From the NCBI GenBank assembly GCA_009777815.1, contig WRLB01000001.1, forward strand, positions 1 to 62,739: DNA of 62,739 bases. The letters are read 5' to 3'. The notes under the pieces were generated by a model. It did no database searches. It was not told the DNA's origin and saw only the letters and a list, made by a program, of their open reading frames with translations. The position numbers and the translations under genes are program-made. Position 1 is the stretch's first letter; every line of letters begins with the position of its first letter. Below are positions 1 to 9,174 of the stretch, piece after piece. This DNA is from Bacteroidota bacterium. GTDB lineage: Bacteria; Bacteroidota; Ignavibacteria; Kapaibacteriales; UBA2268.

Positions 1-101
1 TAGATATTACTTCATTAATTGCTGGTCGCTATCTTTTGGTTATGGAGGTAAATGGAGATGTTTTTGAGTTTCCATTCATACTAAATATTATCAAGGAATA
101 A
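1..101 (+). CDS. 3' end (partial, enters from upstream of the window) of a T9SS-sorted secreted protein, paralog of 2334..4907
   Basis: Frame is open from nt 3 to TAA at 99-101. It encodes ..DITSLIAGRYLLVMEVNGDVFEFPFILNIIKE, nucleotide-identical to 4807..4907. Confidence 0.6.
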   Translation, partial: DITSLIAGRYLLVMEVNGDVFEFPFILNIIKE

Positions 102-122
102 AGCGTTTGTATAAAAAAAACG

Positions 123-130
123 TATTTTTG
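123..130 (+). promoter_or_regulatory. Bacteroidota-type -7 box TATTTTTG upstream of 196..1095
   Basis: Exact match to TAnnTTTG. It lies inside the 130-bp junction that is duplicated at 4807..4936. Confidence 0.4.
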
Positions 131-195
131 CAAAAATAACAGTTAAAGATTTATAAATTTATTCCGATAATTAAATAAATATAATATAAAAAAAT

Positions 196-1095
196 ATGAT
201 TCAAAATATAATGAAAACATTATTAATAGCGGGATTGATGATATTAGCCGCAACAAAAATATCTGCACAGCAGGTAATTAATTTCTATGCTTTAGAAGAG
301 CCATATCATATTCTGACTAAAGCAGATGTAGATGCTATTTTAGAAGCCGAATGGGACGGTGGCGAATTTGTAGCTGAAATTAGCCCTGATATAACGGTAA
401 TTGGCGAAAGTGCGTTTTTGGCTTATGATTATTTCCCGTATGCCAATCCTATTAATCTATACTTATTAGAAGCAAATGCCCCTAATGTAGAAATTATTGG
501 TACGTATGCTTTTGCGGGTAGCAATATAAATAAATTTTACTTTCCTGAAGTAATGTCTATTGATACTGCAGCTTTTATAGACTGTAACGGTTTAATTGTT
601 ATAGACCTGCCAAAAGCAACTAAAATAGGTGAGTCAGCTTTTAGATGGTGCTATGGTTTATCTACCGCTAAATTTGGATTAGGTTTCTCTGAACCAACTC
701 AAGTTAGTTTTAATTATGCCGTATTTACTGAAGGACTTACAAATGTGATAGACTTGATATTAAGCCAATACACTATCCCAATGCCCGATATAGAGGCAAA
801 AACTTGGCAGTATTTTTTTAAGAATGACTACGATGAATATATTTATAAATGGCGAAGCATTACGATGTATATAGGAATAGAAGAAAAAACAAGTAACTAC
901 ATCTATTATTTGGGCAATAATAGGTATTTATTAGAAAACATAGAACAAGCAGAGTTATTTGATTTGGCAGGAATACAAAATAAAAAGTTTAGCAATGAAA
1001 AAATAGTAGACTTAAATGAATTAAAAACAGGAATTTATTTCCTGCAGTATTTTTATGGAGGAAAAATACAAACTGAAAAAATAATTAAATATTAA
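196..1095 (+). CDS. Secreted BspA-type leucine-rich-repeat surface protein with T9SS C-terminal sorting domain
   Basis: 299-aa ORF with signal peptide MKTLLIAGLMILAATKISAQ. Repeated xIGxxAF units (VIGESAF, IIGTYAF, SIDTAAF, KIGESAF). C-terminus ..GIYFLQYFYGGKIQTEKIIKY is T9SS-CTD-like. Confidence 0.75.
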   Translation: MIQNIMKTLLIAGLMILAATKISAQQVINFYALEEPYHILTKADVDAILEAEWDGGEFVAEISPDITVIGESAFLAYDYFPYANPINLYLLEANAPNVEIIGTYAFAGSNINKFYFPEVMSIDTAAFIDCNGLIVIDLPKATKIGESAFRWCYGLSTAKFGLGFSEPTQVSFNYAVFTEGLTNVIDLILSQYTIPMPDIEAKTWQYFFKNDYDEYIYKWRSITMYIGIEEKTSNYIYYLGNNRYLLENIEQAELFDLAGIQNKKFSNEKIVDLNELKTGIYFLQYFYGGKIQTEKIIKY

Positions 1096-1184
1096 TGATA
1101 TTTTTATTTGTAAAAACAGATTTGGAAATTAGAATAAAAAAAGTTATTTTTGTTTTTAATAATTGACATTAACATAAAAAATAT

Positions 1185-2306
1185 ATGAAAAAATTAGTAA
1201 AAGTATTAGTAATAGCGGGCTTGATGATATTACCCGCAACAAAAATATCTGCACAAATTTATCACGAAGAGTGCAAAGAGGATCTTCGTGAATTTATGAG
1301 ACAAGGCACGAACTACGAAAAGTTAGGTTTGTCCGAAGCCGATACAAATTCTTGGATAACATCTGAAGATTGGGTGCCAAAAGTAAAAGGTGTATCTTGG
1401 TATGAAAATTGGCTTGAGCCAGAGGACCCAGATTTACGAATATACGAAATTCATTGGGGTAATCTTGATTTGGAAGGCAAGATAAAATTTTATACTCCAA
1501 TTTTAATGGATATGTATTGCAATAATAACAAATTAACAGAAATAGATGTTAGTAGCAATATACATTTGGACCTCTTACATTGTTATTATAATAATCTAAC
1601 AAAATTAGATGTTAGAAATCAAGTCCACTTATCATATCTGTCTTGTTCTTATAACAATTTAACTGAATTATTAGTAAATAAGACAGGTCCTTCTATAGGT
1701 TGTTCCTTCAATAAATTAAAACTTTCTACCCTCCCTGTTTTTAGTTTTGGATGCACATTTATTTATTCGCCGCAAGATACTATTTATGGTGGTATCAAGG
1801 AATATTTAGATACAGTAGATCTTAGTAGCGAATACAAAATTGACACAGATTATTGGGGCACTCATTTTACAATTTACAAGTGGTTTGACATAACTGATGG
1901 CGAAGAAAAAGAAGTTGAACAACCACAAAATGATAGTGGTGTATTCTATTTTGCAAAACAACACGCAGGAAAAAAAATGCGATGCAAAATGTTTAATGAA
2001 GTATTTTCATACTCATTTTTAGTAGATTTCAATCTCAATAAAGATACATTTTGGTTAGTTTATGAAACAGATATATTAGTTGGAATACAAGATAATTATG
2101 ATGCACAGCAACTTTACGAGTTAGAAAATAACGTATATTTGTTAAAAAATGCGATGCAAAATGTTAAATTATTTAATATGTCTGGTCAGAAAGTTTTAGA
2201 ATGTAAAGATGAAGTATTAGATTTAACGCCACTGCCGATAGGCGTATATATTTTGCAATACATAGAAAATAAACAATTAAAAAATATTAAATTAATTAGA
2301 AAGTAA
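1185..2306 (+). CDS. Secreted leucine-rich-repeat protein with T9SS C-terminal sorting domain
   Basis: 373-aa ORF with signal peptide VLVIAGLMILPATKISAQ. About 22-residue LRRs (NNNKLTEIDVSSNIHLDLLHCYYNNLTKLDVRNQVHLSYLSCSYNNLTEL). C-terminus GVYILQYIENKQLKNIKLIRK. TATTTTTG box at 1145-1152. Confidence 0.75.
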   Translation: MKKLVKVLVIAGLMILPATKISAQIYHEECKEDLREFMRQGTNYEKLGLSEADTNSWITSEDWVPKVKGVSWYENWLEPEDPDLRIYEIHWGNLDLEGKIKFYTPILMDMYCNNNKLTEIDVSSNIHLDLLHCYYNNLTKLDVRNQVHLSYLSCSYNNLTELLVNKTGPSIGCSFNKLKLSTLPVFSFGCTFIYSPQDTIYGGIKEYLDTVDLSSEYKIDTDYWGTHFTIYKWFDITDGEEKEVEQPQNDSGVFYFAKQHAGKKMRCKMFNEVFSYSFLVDFNLNKDTFWLVYETDILVGIQDNYDAQQLYELENNVYLLKNAMQNVKLFNMSGQKVLECKDEVLDLTPLPIGVYILQYIENKQLKNIKLIRK

Positions 2307-2333
2307 AATTTTATAATATAAAGATAAATTAAA

Positions 2334-4907
2334 ATGAATAGAAAATCGTTAATTTCATTGTTGCAACTTATAGGTTGCAAAATTGTATTAGTTGTAGTAG
2401 TAATATGTGGTTCTACAACAATAAAAGCGTTTGTAGTAACATCTTTTCCAGAATCTGATTTCTTGGTAATAGACCATACTACATACCAACGTGTTATGCA
2501 ATATCCTCCTGCAGTAAATATTTCAATAGATAGCACAATTATTGGCTATTATTACGAAGGTGGAAATACTTATAAATTAACTGACACAAGCGAATTTATG
2601 ACTGTTATTCTTTGGAATGTAGCACATAAAATTGATGCTTCGAAGGATTTCGTTTTCAGTTGTAAAGTATACTTTGGAAGTGGAAGGAAAAAGAACAATA
2701 AACTACCTCCCAAAACACCTAATGTTGCAGATGGGATTTGTATAATTTTTTCTGACAAAAAAAATATAGATTCAAACACAATTGGTGGCAAGCAAGCTAA
2801 TATTGGTTATGTTGGGATTGATTCTTCTATAGCAGTAGAATTAGACACTGAACGTGACCCGCCACAAAATGAGGGCTTCGAATGGGATGCCTCTAATATA
2901 TCTTGCCACCATATCAGTTATATAAGAGGGAATTCTATGGCGGCTTTAGATGGTATTGCATCACCTATGCAGAATAATTGGGGCAGTGTGGCTACTGGCC
3001 AATGGTATTGCTGTAATGTTGTTTGGCGGCAACATACAACAGGAGGATATGTGCTTGAAACATACCTTGAAGAAAAACAAAGTGGACAAATGCTTTTGAG
3101 ACATAGTAAGCATTTTAGTTCTTTGTCTGATTTTATTGATGGGTTATCAGTGGACTCTAACTGTCAAGCATTAATAAATTTTGGTGTTTCTTCATCCACA
3201 TGTATGAATCCTAATAAACATCAGATTGAGTTCTTGGAACTTCAAACAGGCAACATTGTTTTTGGTGGCGACAGCACACGAGTTCGTATACTATTTGATA
3301 ACTGTGGCTTTACAGGAACAGGATATTCCAACCAAATAAACGCTCATTGCGGCAATATCACTACCGCTTATGATTTTGACGTGGACACATTAATTGTCAA
3401 TTGTTCAGGATTTAGAATTGTTTGTTTAACCGAAGAACGTTATTCTGATGACTGGTATAATTTTGCTTATTTTAATTTGCACAATTTTAATAATCCTGAA
3501 TTTTGCTATATGAAAAATGGTGAGTGTATTCCATTTTACGCTGCGGAAGGCGACACAATCAACCTATATCCTTATATAGCAAACAATCCATCTGACAAAT
3601 ACATAGATACATTTTATATTCGTATGGTTGCTATGGGAGATACTGTATATTTTGGAATAAGGTATTACAACCATTCTATCCTTAAAAATTATTTTTCTGC
3701 CGCTACGAATTTAAAAGATAATATGGAAATAAATGATGACACATTAAACCTTACGCTTGTTCCCGACTCATTGGAGCAATCGATAAAACTTCCGTTGCTT
3801 GATAGTTGCGAGTATGTTATTAGTGGCATAGATAGTAGTATGTTTACGGCGGCTGGCGTTCCTAAAATAGTAGGTTTGCCCGATAGTGCGGTTTTGAGTT
3901 TTCAGTTTTTAGATACCTGTGGCATCAGCACATCATTAGAAATAAGTTTGGATTGCCCTTGTATAGATCCACTTCATATAGCAATAAAAACACCAGAGTG
4001 TGATGATTGTGGCTATGTTGTTTTCTTGCCTACTATAAATTTTAGTCAATCATTGCCAGACCATATAGACGATATTGATACTGCTTATTATAATTGCCTG
4101 AACCCGTTTAGTTCTAAATATAATATAATTAATACGCAAGTAAATATATTAGAAAATAATGATAATTTAGAGATTGAAGACATTTCTGACAGAATATGTA
4201 TAAAGTTTGAATGTCCTCCTTTAGTGTGGCTTCCGACAGGAGAACCCTATGAAATTGCTACTTATAGTATTCGATTGGAAGTATGCTTAACAATAGATGC
4301 AGAGCCAGTAAAAGAGTGCTGTATGAATACAAAATTTACTTTTTCGTGTTATAATTTATTAAAAGAAGGTGGCGTTGTAAATCCTGATGGTTGCGACAAA
4401 ACGGTTGCAGTTTATTATGAATTATATGATATTCCGCCTGTGCCGATGCCACTACATATAGCAATCTACGATAAATTTGGCTACAAGAAAAAAGATGTAA
4501 TGAGCGAAGTTCCAACAAAATTATCAGATACATTATATGCTGATGTTCGGTTATTGCCACCTGATGATTATTATATAGCTATCCTTATGGGCAGTCAATT
4601 TGATGTAGTTCCATTTACGATAGAAGGTATAATAAAATCAGCGGCGGTAGTTCCAAATCCGACATCGGGCATTGCGAGTGTAGATTATGAATTAAATTGT
4701 TTGCCGTCAGAGCCGATGCGAGTAACTATAAATGATATAATAACGGGGAATGAATTGATAGAATTGCATAATGGTTTTGTTCAAACATTATCAGATTCAA
4801 TTCCGATAGATATTACTTCATTAATTGCTGGTCGCTATCTTTTGGTTATGGAGGTAAATGGAGATGTTTTTGAGTTTCCATTCATACTAAATATTATCAA
4901 GGAATAA
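2334..4907 (+). CDS. Large secreted L-type (legume) lectin-like domain protein with T9SS C-terminal sorting domain
   Basis: 857 aa with hydrophobic N-terminus. Lectin-like signature ADGICIIF..ANIGYVGIDSSIAVELDTERD..CHHISY. Cys-rich middle. C-terminus ..GRYLLVMEVNGDVFEFPFILNIIKE. Only 27 nt after the preceding gene and no promoter box, so probably co-transcribed. Confidence 0.7.
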   Translation: MNRKSLISLLQLIGCKIVLVVVVICGSTTIKAFVVTSFPESDFLVIDHTTYQRVMQYPPAVNISIDSTIIGYYYEGGNTYKLTDTSEFMTVILWNVAHKIDASKDFVFSCKVYFGSGRKKNNKLPPKTPNVADGICIIFSDKKNIDSNTIGGKQANIGYVGIDSSIAVELDTERDPPQNEGFEWDASNISCHHISYIRGNSMAALDGIASPMQNNWGSVATGQWYCCNVVWRQHTTGGYVLETYLEEKQSGQMLLRHSKHFSSLSDFIDGLSVDSNCQALINFGVSSSTCMNPNKHQIEFLELQTGNIVFGGDSTRVRILFDNCGFTGTGYSNQINAHCGNITTAYDFDVDTLIVNCSGFRIVCLTEERYSDDWYNFAYFNLHNFNNPEFCYMKNGECIPFYAAEGDTINLYPYIANNPSDKYIDTFYIRMVAMGDTVYFGIRYYNHSILKNYFSAATNLKDNMEINDDTLNLTLVPDSLEQSIKLPLLDSCEYVISGIDSSMFTAAGVPKIVGLPDSAVLSFQFLDTCGISTSLEISLDCPCIDPLHIAIKTPECDDCGYVVFLPTINFSQSLPDHIDDIDTAYYNCLNPFSSKYNIINTQVNILENNDNLEIEDISDRICIKFECPPLVWLPTGEPYEIATYSIRLEVCLTIDAEPVKECCMNTKFTFSCYNLLKEGGVVNPDGCDKTVAVYYELYDIPPVPMPLHIAIYDKFGYKKKDVMSEVPTKLSDTLYADVRLLPPDDYYIAILMGSQFDVVPFTIEGIIKSAAVVPNPTSGIASVDYELNCLPSEPMRVTINDIITGNELIELHNGFVQTLSDSIPIDITSLIAGRYLLVMEVNGDVFEFPFILNIIKE

Positions 4908-4928
4908 AGCGTTTATACAAAAAAAACG

Positions 4929-4936
4929 TATTTTTG
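4929..4936 (+). promoter_or_regulatory. -7 box TATTTTTG upstream of 4965..7430
   Basis: Exact TAnnTTTG, 29 nt before the ATG. Part of the duplicated junction (copy of 123-130). Confidence 0.4.
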
Positions 4937-4964
4937 TAAATTATATTTATCATAGGAAACGAAA

Positions 4965-7430
4965 ATGTATAGATTTTTAACCTCTAAAAGTATGCTGATA
5001 TGTTTTTTGGCTACTTTAATTATTCTTAAATCAGCAAGTATTTCTGCGAATGAAAGTATTATTTTAACTGACCCTACGGGCGGTAAATTTCGCGGAATTG
5101 TTGATACTACTCTCAATGAATTTAATTATATTGAGGGCAAAGTTAATGTGTATTCGCAAGACGAATATATTCCACCTATCGGCATTAAAGAGCCAAATGT
5201 GTATTTCCCAAACAAAAATTTAGATAAATTGTTGGCAAGTGTAAATCAAACAAATTATCTAAGACCTGGAGAATATTTTGCTCTAAAAGTAAATCTAATG
5301 TCTGGCTCTATGGACTATTATAGAGTAGATTTTAAATTAGATGCAAAGTGCCAAGAAGCAATGAATATTGCACCTGTGTGGATGCGAAATGATTTGCTAA
5401 TAAAGTTCCGCGAACTTAATTTAGCAAAAGTAGGAAATGAAGCACTTTATGCTCAACTAATATTGGATGCTGCTAAAGACGATATTAAAATTGTTGATGA
5501 AGTTGCTTTTTTAGTGGCACATATTCCTGTTGAAACGCTATCAAATAGTGCGTTTATCAATGGTGATATGAATCGGCTTATTGCTGATGTTAAGCATATT
5601 TATACGATTGCGGATTCGTTAAAATATGTTGAAATTGTAGAACACGGCAATTATGCCAGCGGGGACTATTACACTACCACCCGATACAAGCATAAAACAA
5701 GCAAAAGTGCCACTCCAATATGGACCGAAATACCATCAGAAATATATTATTGGTATGTAGTTCATCCGCAAATATATCAAGAAACTATCCAATATACTGA
5801 CAACCCAAGCAATACTATACAAAGGACTTGGGGATATTCGTATAGGGATTTTTATTGGTCTAATCCTGACCCTGCTCACGATTATAAACCTGTAAATCAA
5901 AAAACAACAGCAGGTGAAGTTGTATCCATTCCTCGCTTGGGTGAGTTAATGCAATCTCCTGAAGTGCTATTTGATAGAGATTATAATTTGCTTAATTTTA
6001 ATAGACCATTTAATGAGGCAAATAATACTGCTTTAAATGTTTTAGGAAATTGGTGTTCAAGGGCGGTGCCGGGAGACCCGTCAAGCAATGATTTTAGACC
6101 AATAGCACCGAATCAAGTGTTAACTCATCATAGAGGTCGCTGTGGTGAAGATACGCAATTATTAGTTGCTGCTGCAAGAACTTGTTTAATACCTATAATT
6201 ACTCGTATTACACATTGTGAAGACCACGTTTTCGGTGCTGTATATGATGCTGATAGATGGCAACATTTTGAATTTTTTAGAGGTGGTTTAGTCCCTACAA
6301 ATAGTAACGGCACAAGTGGATGGGGCTGGACACATTTAAATGCTAATAGCACCTATGAAGATATGGCTCCCGATTATTGGATAATATCTACTGTAAATGG
6401 TATGCGTCCTGATGGCTATTTTTTAAATAACACAGAAGGTTATACGAAAACTTGTGAAATTGTATTTACTGTAAAAGATAAAGATGGAAACCCTGTAGCA
6501 GGTGCCCGTGTTAATTTACACGGATTGCCTCACGCTTTTGGTTCTGATTTTAATCCTACTTATAGTTTTTCAAGAGATGAATATACAGATAGAAATGGGA
6601 TTGCAAGAATGTTAGTAGGTGATAATAAATATTATTTATATAAAATATACCATACTGGTTTTGTTGGCGGACAATATCCCCAACCAGAAAACACGTATAA
6701 CGTAGCAGTAGGTGGCGTAACAGGTGGACAACTTTCTGGACCAAGGTCGCAATCAGGTATGGTGTATGAACATAATATTGCTATAACTAACTATCAGATA
6801 CCCGCACACAGTATTACAAACGTTAATGACATACCAGCAACAAAATATGCTATGGAAATAAATATGAACATCAGCGATATTCTTGTTGCAAAATCTAATA
6901 ACAGAACGTTTCATTACTGGTCGCCCGATAGCACAGGACATTTAACATATTTTGTCGTTAATCAAACCAACTTTGACAAACTTCAAGCAGGACAGCCATT
7001 CGAAGCATATTCAAAATTTGATTTCAAAGGAAACGGGAAAATGATAATTCCAATCCCTGAAACAGAAAATGATTGGTTTGTTGTAGGAAGTAATAAAAGT
7101 TCAACATTGCATTCACAATTTCTTAATTTTGAAGCATCATTGTTGGTAGCACCTGAACCTACTTATAGTTATTTAAGTATTGAGGAAGATTATATTATTG
7201 AAAACTTTATAGTTTCACCTAATCCTTTTGCTGATTTTTGTAAAATTGAGTTGCCTATGGGAACCGAATCTATAGAAATAACAGATGAATCAGGTGCAAT
7301 AGTATTATTCGTAAATGCTAATGATTTAAGAGAGTTTGATTGGTATCCAACCACAGGCAATGGCGTGTATTTCGTTAGAATAAAACTTAATAGCAAGTTC
7401 TATTTACAAAAAATTATTTTTAATAAGTAA
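4965..7430 (+). CDS. Secreted transglutaminase-like (Cys-His-Asp core) protein with T9SS C-terminal sorting domain
   Basis: 821 aa with signal peptide. Core HHRGRCGEDTQLLVAAARTC ... CEDHVFGAVYDAD. C-terminus GVYFVRIKLNSKFYLQKIIFNK. Confidence 0.75.
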   Translation: MYRFLTSKSMLICFLATLIILKSASISANESIILTDPTGGKFRGIVDTTLNEFNYIEGKVNVYSQDEYIPPIGIKEPNVYFPNKNLDKLLASVNQTNYLRPGEYFALKVNLMSGSMDYYRVDFKLDAKCQEAMNIAPVWMRNDLLIKFRELNLAKVGNEALYAQLILDAAKDDIKIVDEVAFLVAHIPVETLSNSAFINGDMNRLIADVKHIYTIADSLKYVEIVEHGNYASGDYYTTTRYKHKTSKSATPIWTEIPSEIYYWYVVHPQIYQETIQYTDNPSNTIQRTWGYSYRDFYWSNPDPAHDYKPVNQKTTAGEVVSIPRLGELMQSPEVLFDRDYNLLNFNRPFNEANNTALNVLGNWCSRAVPGDPSSNDFRPIAPNQVLTHHRGRCGEDTQLLVAAARTCLIPIITRITHCEDHVFGAVYDADRWQHFEFFRGGLVPTNSNGTSGWGWTHLNANSTYEDMAPDYWIISTVNGMRPDGYFLNNTEGYTKTCEIVFTVKDKDGNPVAGARVNLHGLPHAFGSDFNPTYSFSRDEYTDRNGIARMLVGDNKYYLYKIYHTGFVGGQYPQPENTYNVAVGGVTGGQLSGPRSQSGMVYEHNIAITNYQIPAHSITNVNDIPATKYAMEINMNISDILVAKSNNRTFHYWSPDSTGHLTYFVVNQTNFDKLQAGQPFEAYSKFDFKGNGKMIIPIPETENDWFVVGSNKSSTLHSQFLNFEASLLVAPEPTYSYLSIEEDYIIENFIVSPNPFADFCKIELPMGTESIEITDESGAIVLFVNANDLREFDWYPTTGNGVYFVRIKLNSKFYLQKIIFNK

Positions 7431-7456
7431 ATAAATTTGCTGTTTATAATAATTTT

Positions 7457-7486
7457 AAGCCGAACTTTTGTTTCGGCTTTTTTTTA
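7457..7486 (+). terminator. Rho-independent terminator after 4965..7430
   Basis: Stem AAGCCGAA / TTCGGCTT with 7-nt loop, followed by a T-run. Confidence 0.7.
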
Positions 7487-7559
7487 TGCTATTTTGTTAT
7501 ATTTAGATAAATTTGTTATGGCAGAATGCTGAATTTTCTGTTTTTAGAAGTTACCTATA

Positions 7560-8123
7560 CTAAAACTCTTTTGCTTTGTTTTCTAAAGTTTTATACCATT
7601 TTTCGCCAAAAAAGGCAATTAATGGTTCTTTTAATGCTTGATATAATTTTACATTTTTTTGTTTTCCATTTTTAACGGCTGAAGAACATTCTTTTATTTT
7701 TTCGTAATATATATAAAAAGTATTATTAAAAGAAGCAACTCTAATAGGGAATAGCCAACACGAAATTGGTTTTCTGAAATCTGTTTTATTGCGAAAAAAG
7801 CAATTTTCTATTGAGCATAAAGCGACTTTATTACCCTTGTAATAAACAAAAACACAATCTTTATTATTTATGCAAACTGTATAGTATTTATTTAATTTGC
7901 AATTGGCAACGCCATTTTCTTCTATATATTTTATAGTAGTATCAGATAGCAGATGTTTAGTTATTTCAATATGATTTTCTAAAATAGTGATTTCATTTTC
8001 ATCTAAAGGTGCGCCATATATTCCATAAAAAGTGCAGCACGCTCCCAAACATTGCTCTATATCACAAAGAAAATATTTAGTTAATATATCTTTTTCTACG
8101 AATGTGCCATCTATTTCAATCAT
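7560..8123 (-). CDS. DUF3109-like Cys-rich protein
   Basis: 187 aa. N-terminal FLCDIEQCLGACC motif and further conserved Cys residues, as I recall for DUF3109. caaaaata (TATTTTTG on the minus strand) at 8147-8154. Confidence 0.55.
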   Translation of the reverse strand: MIEIDGTFVEKDILTKYFLCDIEQCLGACCTFYGIYGAPLDENEITILENHIEITKHLLSDTTIKYIEENGVANCKLNKYYTVCINNKDCVFVYYKGNKVALCSIENCFFRNKTDFRKPISCWLFPIRVASFNNTFYIYYEKIKECSSAVKNGKQKNVKLYQALKEPLIAFFGEKWYKTLENKAKEF

Positions 8124-8180
8124 CAGTTTTCTTATAAATTTATACGCAAAAATACGATTTTTATAAAAATTTCATATTCG

Positions 8181-8340
8181 TTATGCTGAACTTGTTTCAG
8201 CATCTCCATAAAAAAAGTAATTATGCAGCAAGGGGGCAAGCCCCCTTGTTAAAATAACGATTATTTAACACGGGGGGCTTGCCCCCGTGATGGATAAAGA
8301 GATTCCGAAACAAGTTCGGAATGACATTTTAGATGTCACC
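8181..8340. repeat. Composite palindromic element: F1 left arm, two GC-rich F2 hairpins, F1 right arm plus F3 tail
   Basis: GCTGAACTTGTTTCAGC 8185-8201. CAAGGGGGCAAGCCCCCTTGTTAA 8229-8252. TTAACACGGGGGGCTTGCCCCCGTG 8265-8289. GATTCCGAAACAAGTTCGGAATGACATTTTAGATGTCACC 8301-8340. Confidence 0.8.
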
Positions 8341-8929
8341 CTAATTTAATTTGTGGCTTGTGCATTTTTACTTTTTGTTGAGTTGCAGCGGCTAATTCTC
8401 TTGCTATACCTAAATGACTATTGCAATCTGCTTTATTAGGAGTTAATGATACTTCCAATATAAAGTCATCAAGTCCTAAATACTCTATTGCACTCATACC
8501 AACGGGAGCATTTTCTGGCAGAACCCAAATGCCCGAATGTTCTAATCCCAAATTTAATTCAGATTGGCTGCAAATCATTCCTTCGGAATAATAATCTCTT
8601 ATTTTTCGTTTTTCTAATTTAAATCCCGCACTTGGCACTACAGCACCAACTACACCTACTATAATTTTTTGTTCAGCATCTACATTTGGCGCACCGCATA
8701 TAATAGATAGTTCTTTTTCGCCGATAGAAACTTTGCATAGCGAGAGTTTGTCGGCATTTGGATGTTTTTCTTTTGTTATAACGTAACCTACATAGAAGCC
8801 ATCGTATATAGTTTTTTGGTCTATATATTTTTCTACTTCTATGCCAAGCATAGTAAGTGTATCAGATAATTCTTTCAGATTGAAATCTAAATCTACATAT
8901 TTTTTTAGCCATTTACAAGATATAAGCAT
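8336..8929 (-). CDS. pheT: Phenylalanine--tRNA ligase beta subunit, N-terminal fragment only (B1 + tRNA-binding domain); probable truncated gene/pseudogene
   Basis: 197 aa. MLISCKWLKKYVDLDFNLKELSDTLTMLGIEVE.., KHPNADKLSLCKVSIG.., LEVSLTPNKADCNSHLGIARELAA are PheT N-terminal hallmarks. Full PheT is about 800 aa. The ORF stops exactly at the edge of the repeat cluster. Confidence 0.6.
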   Translation of the reverse strand: MLISCKWLKKYVDLDFNLKELSDTLTMLGIEVEKYIDQKTIYDGFYVGYVITKEKHPNADKLSLCKVSIGEKELSIICGAPNVDAEQKIIVGVVGAVVPSAGFKLEKRKIRDYYSEGMICSQSELNLGLEHSGIWVLPENAPVGMSAIEYLGLDDFILEVSLTPNKADCNSHLGIARELAAATQQKVKMHKPQIKLG

Positions 8930-9174
8930 TATTTTTTAGATAATTAAATAAATCGTTACAAAAATAAGGTTTTTAAATAATTATAGGCAACATCTACTCT
9001 GCAATCACCACTAAAATTTCCGCACATTTTCTAAACCTTGTATATTTTATTTACATTTTGTTTATATCTCGTTTACTTGTGTGAAACTTCTAACTAATCT
9101 ATTTTTGCATTTTGTTTTTATAACAAAAAAACAAATAACACGAAAAGTTTTTAATAATATTTAAGAGAAATAAT

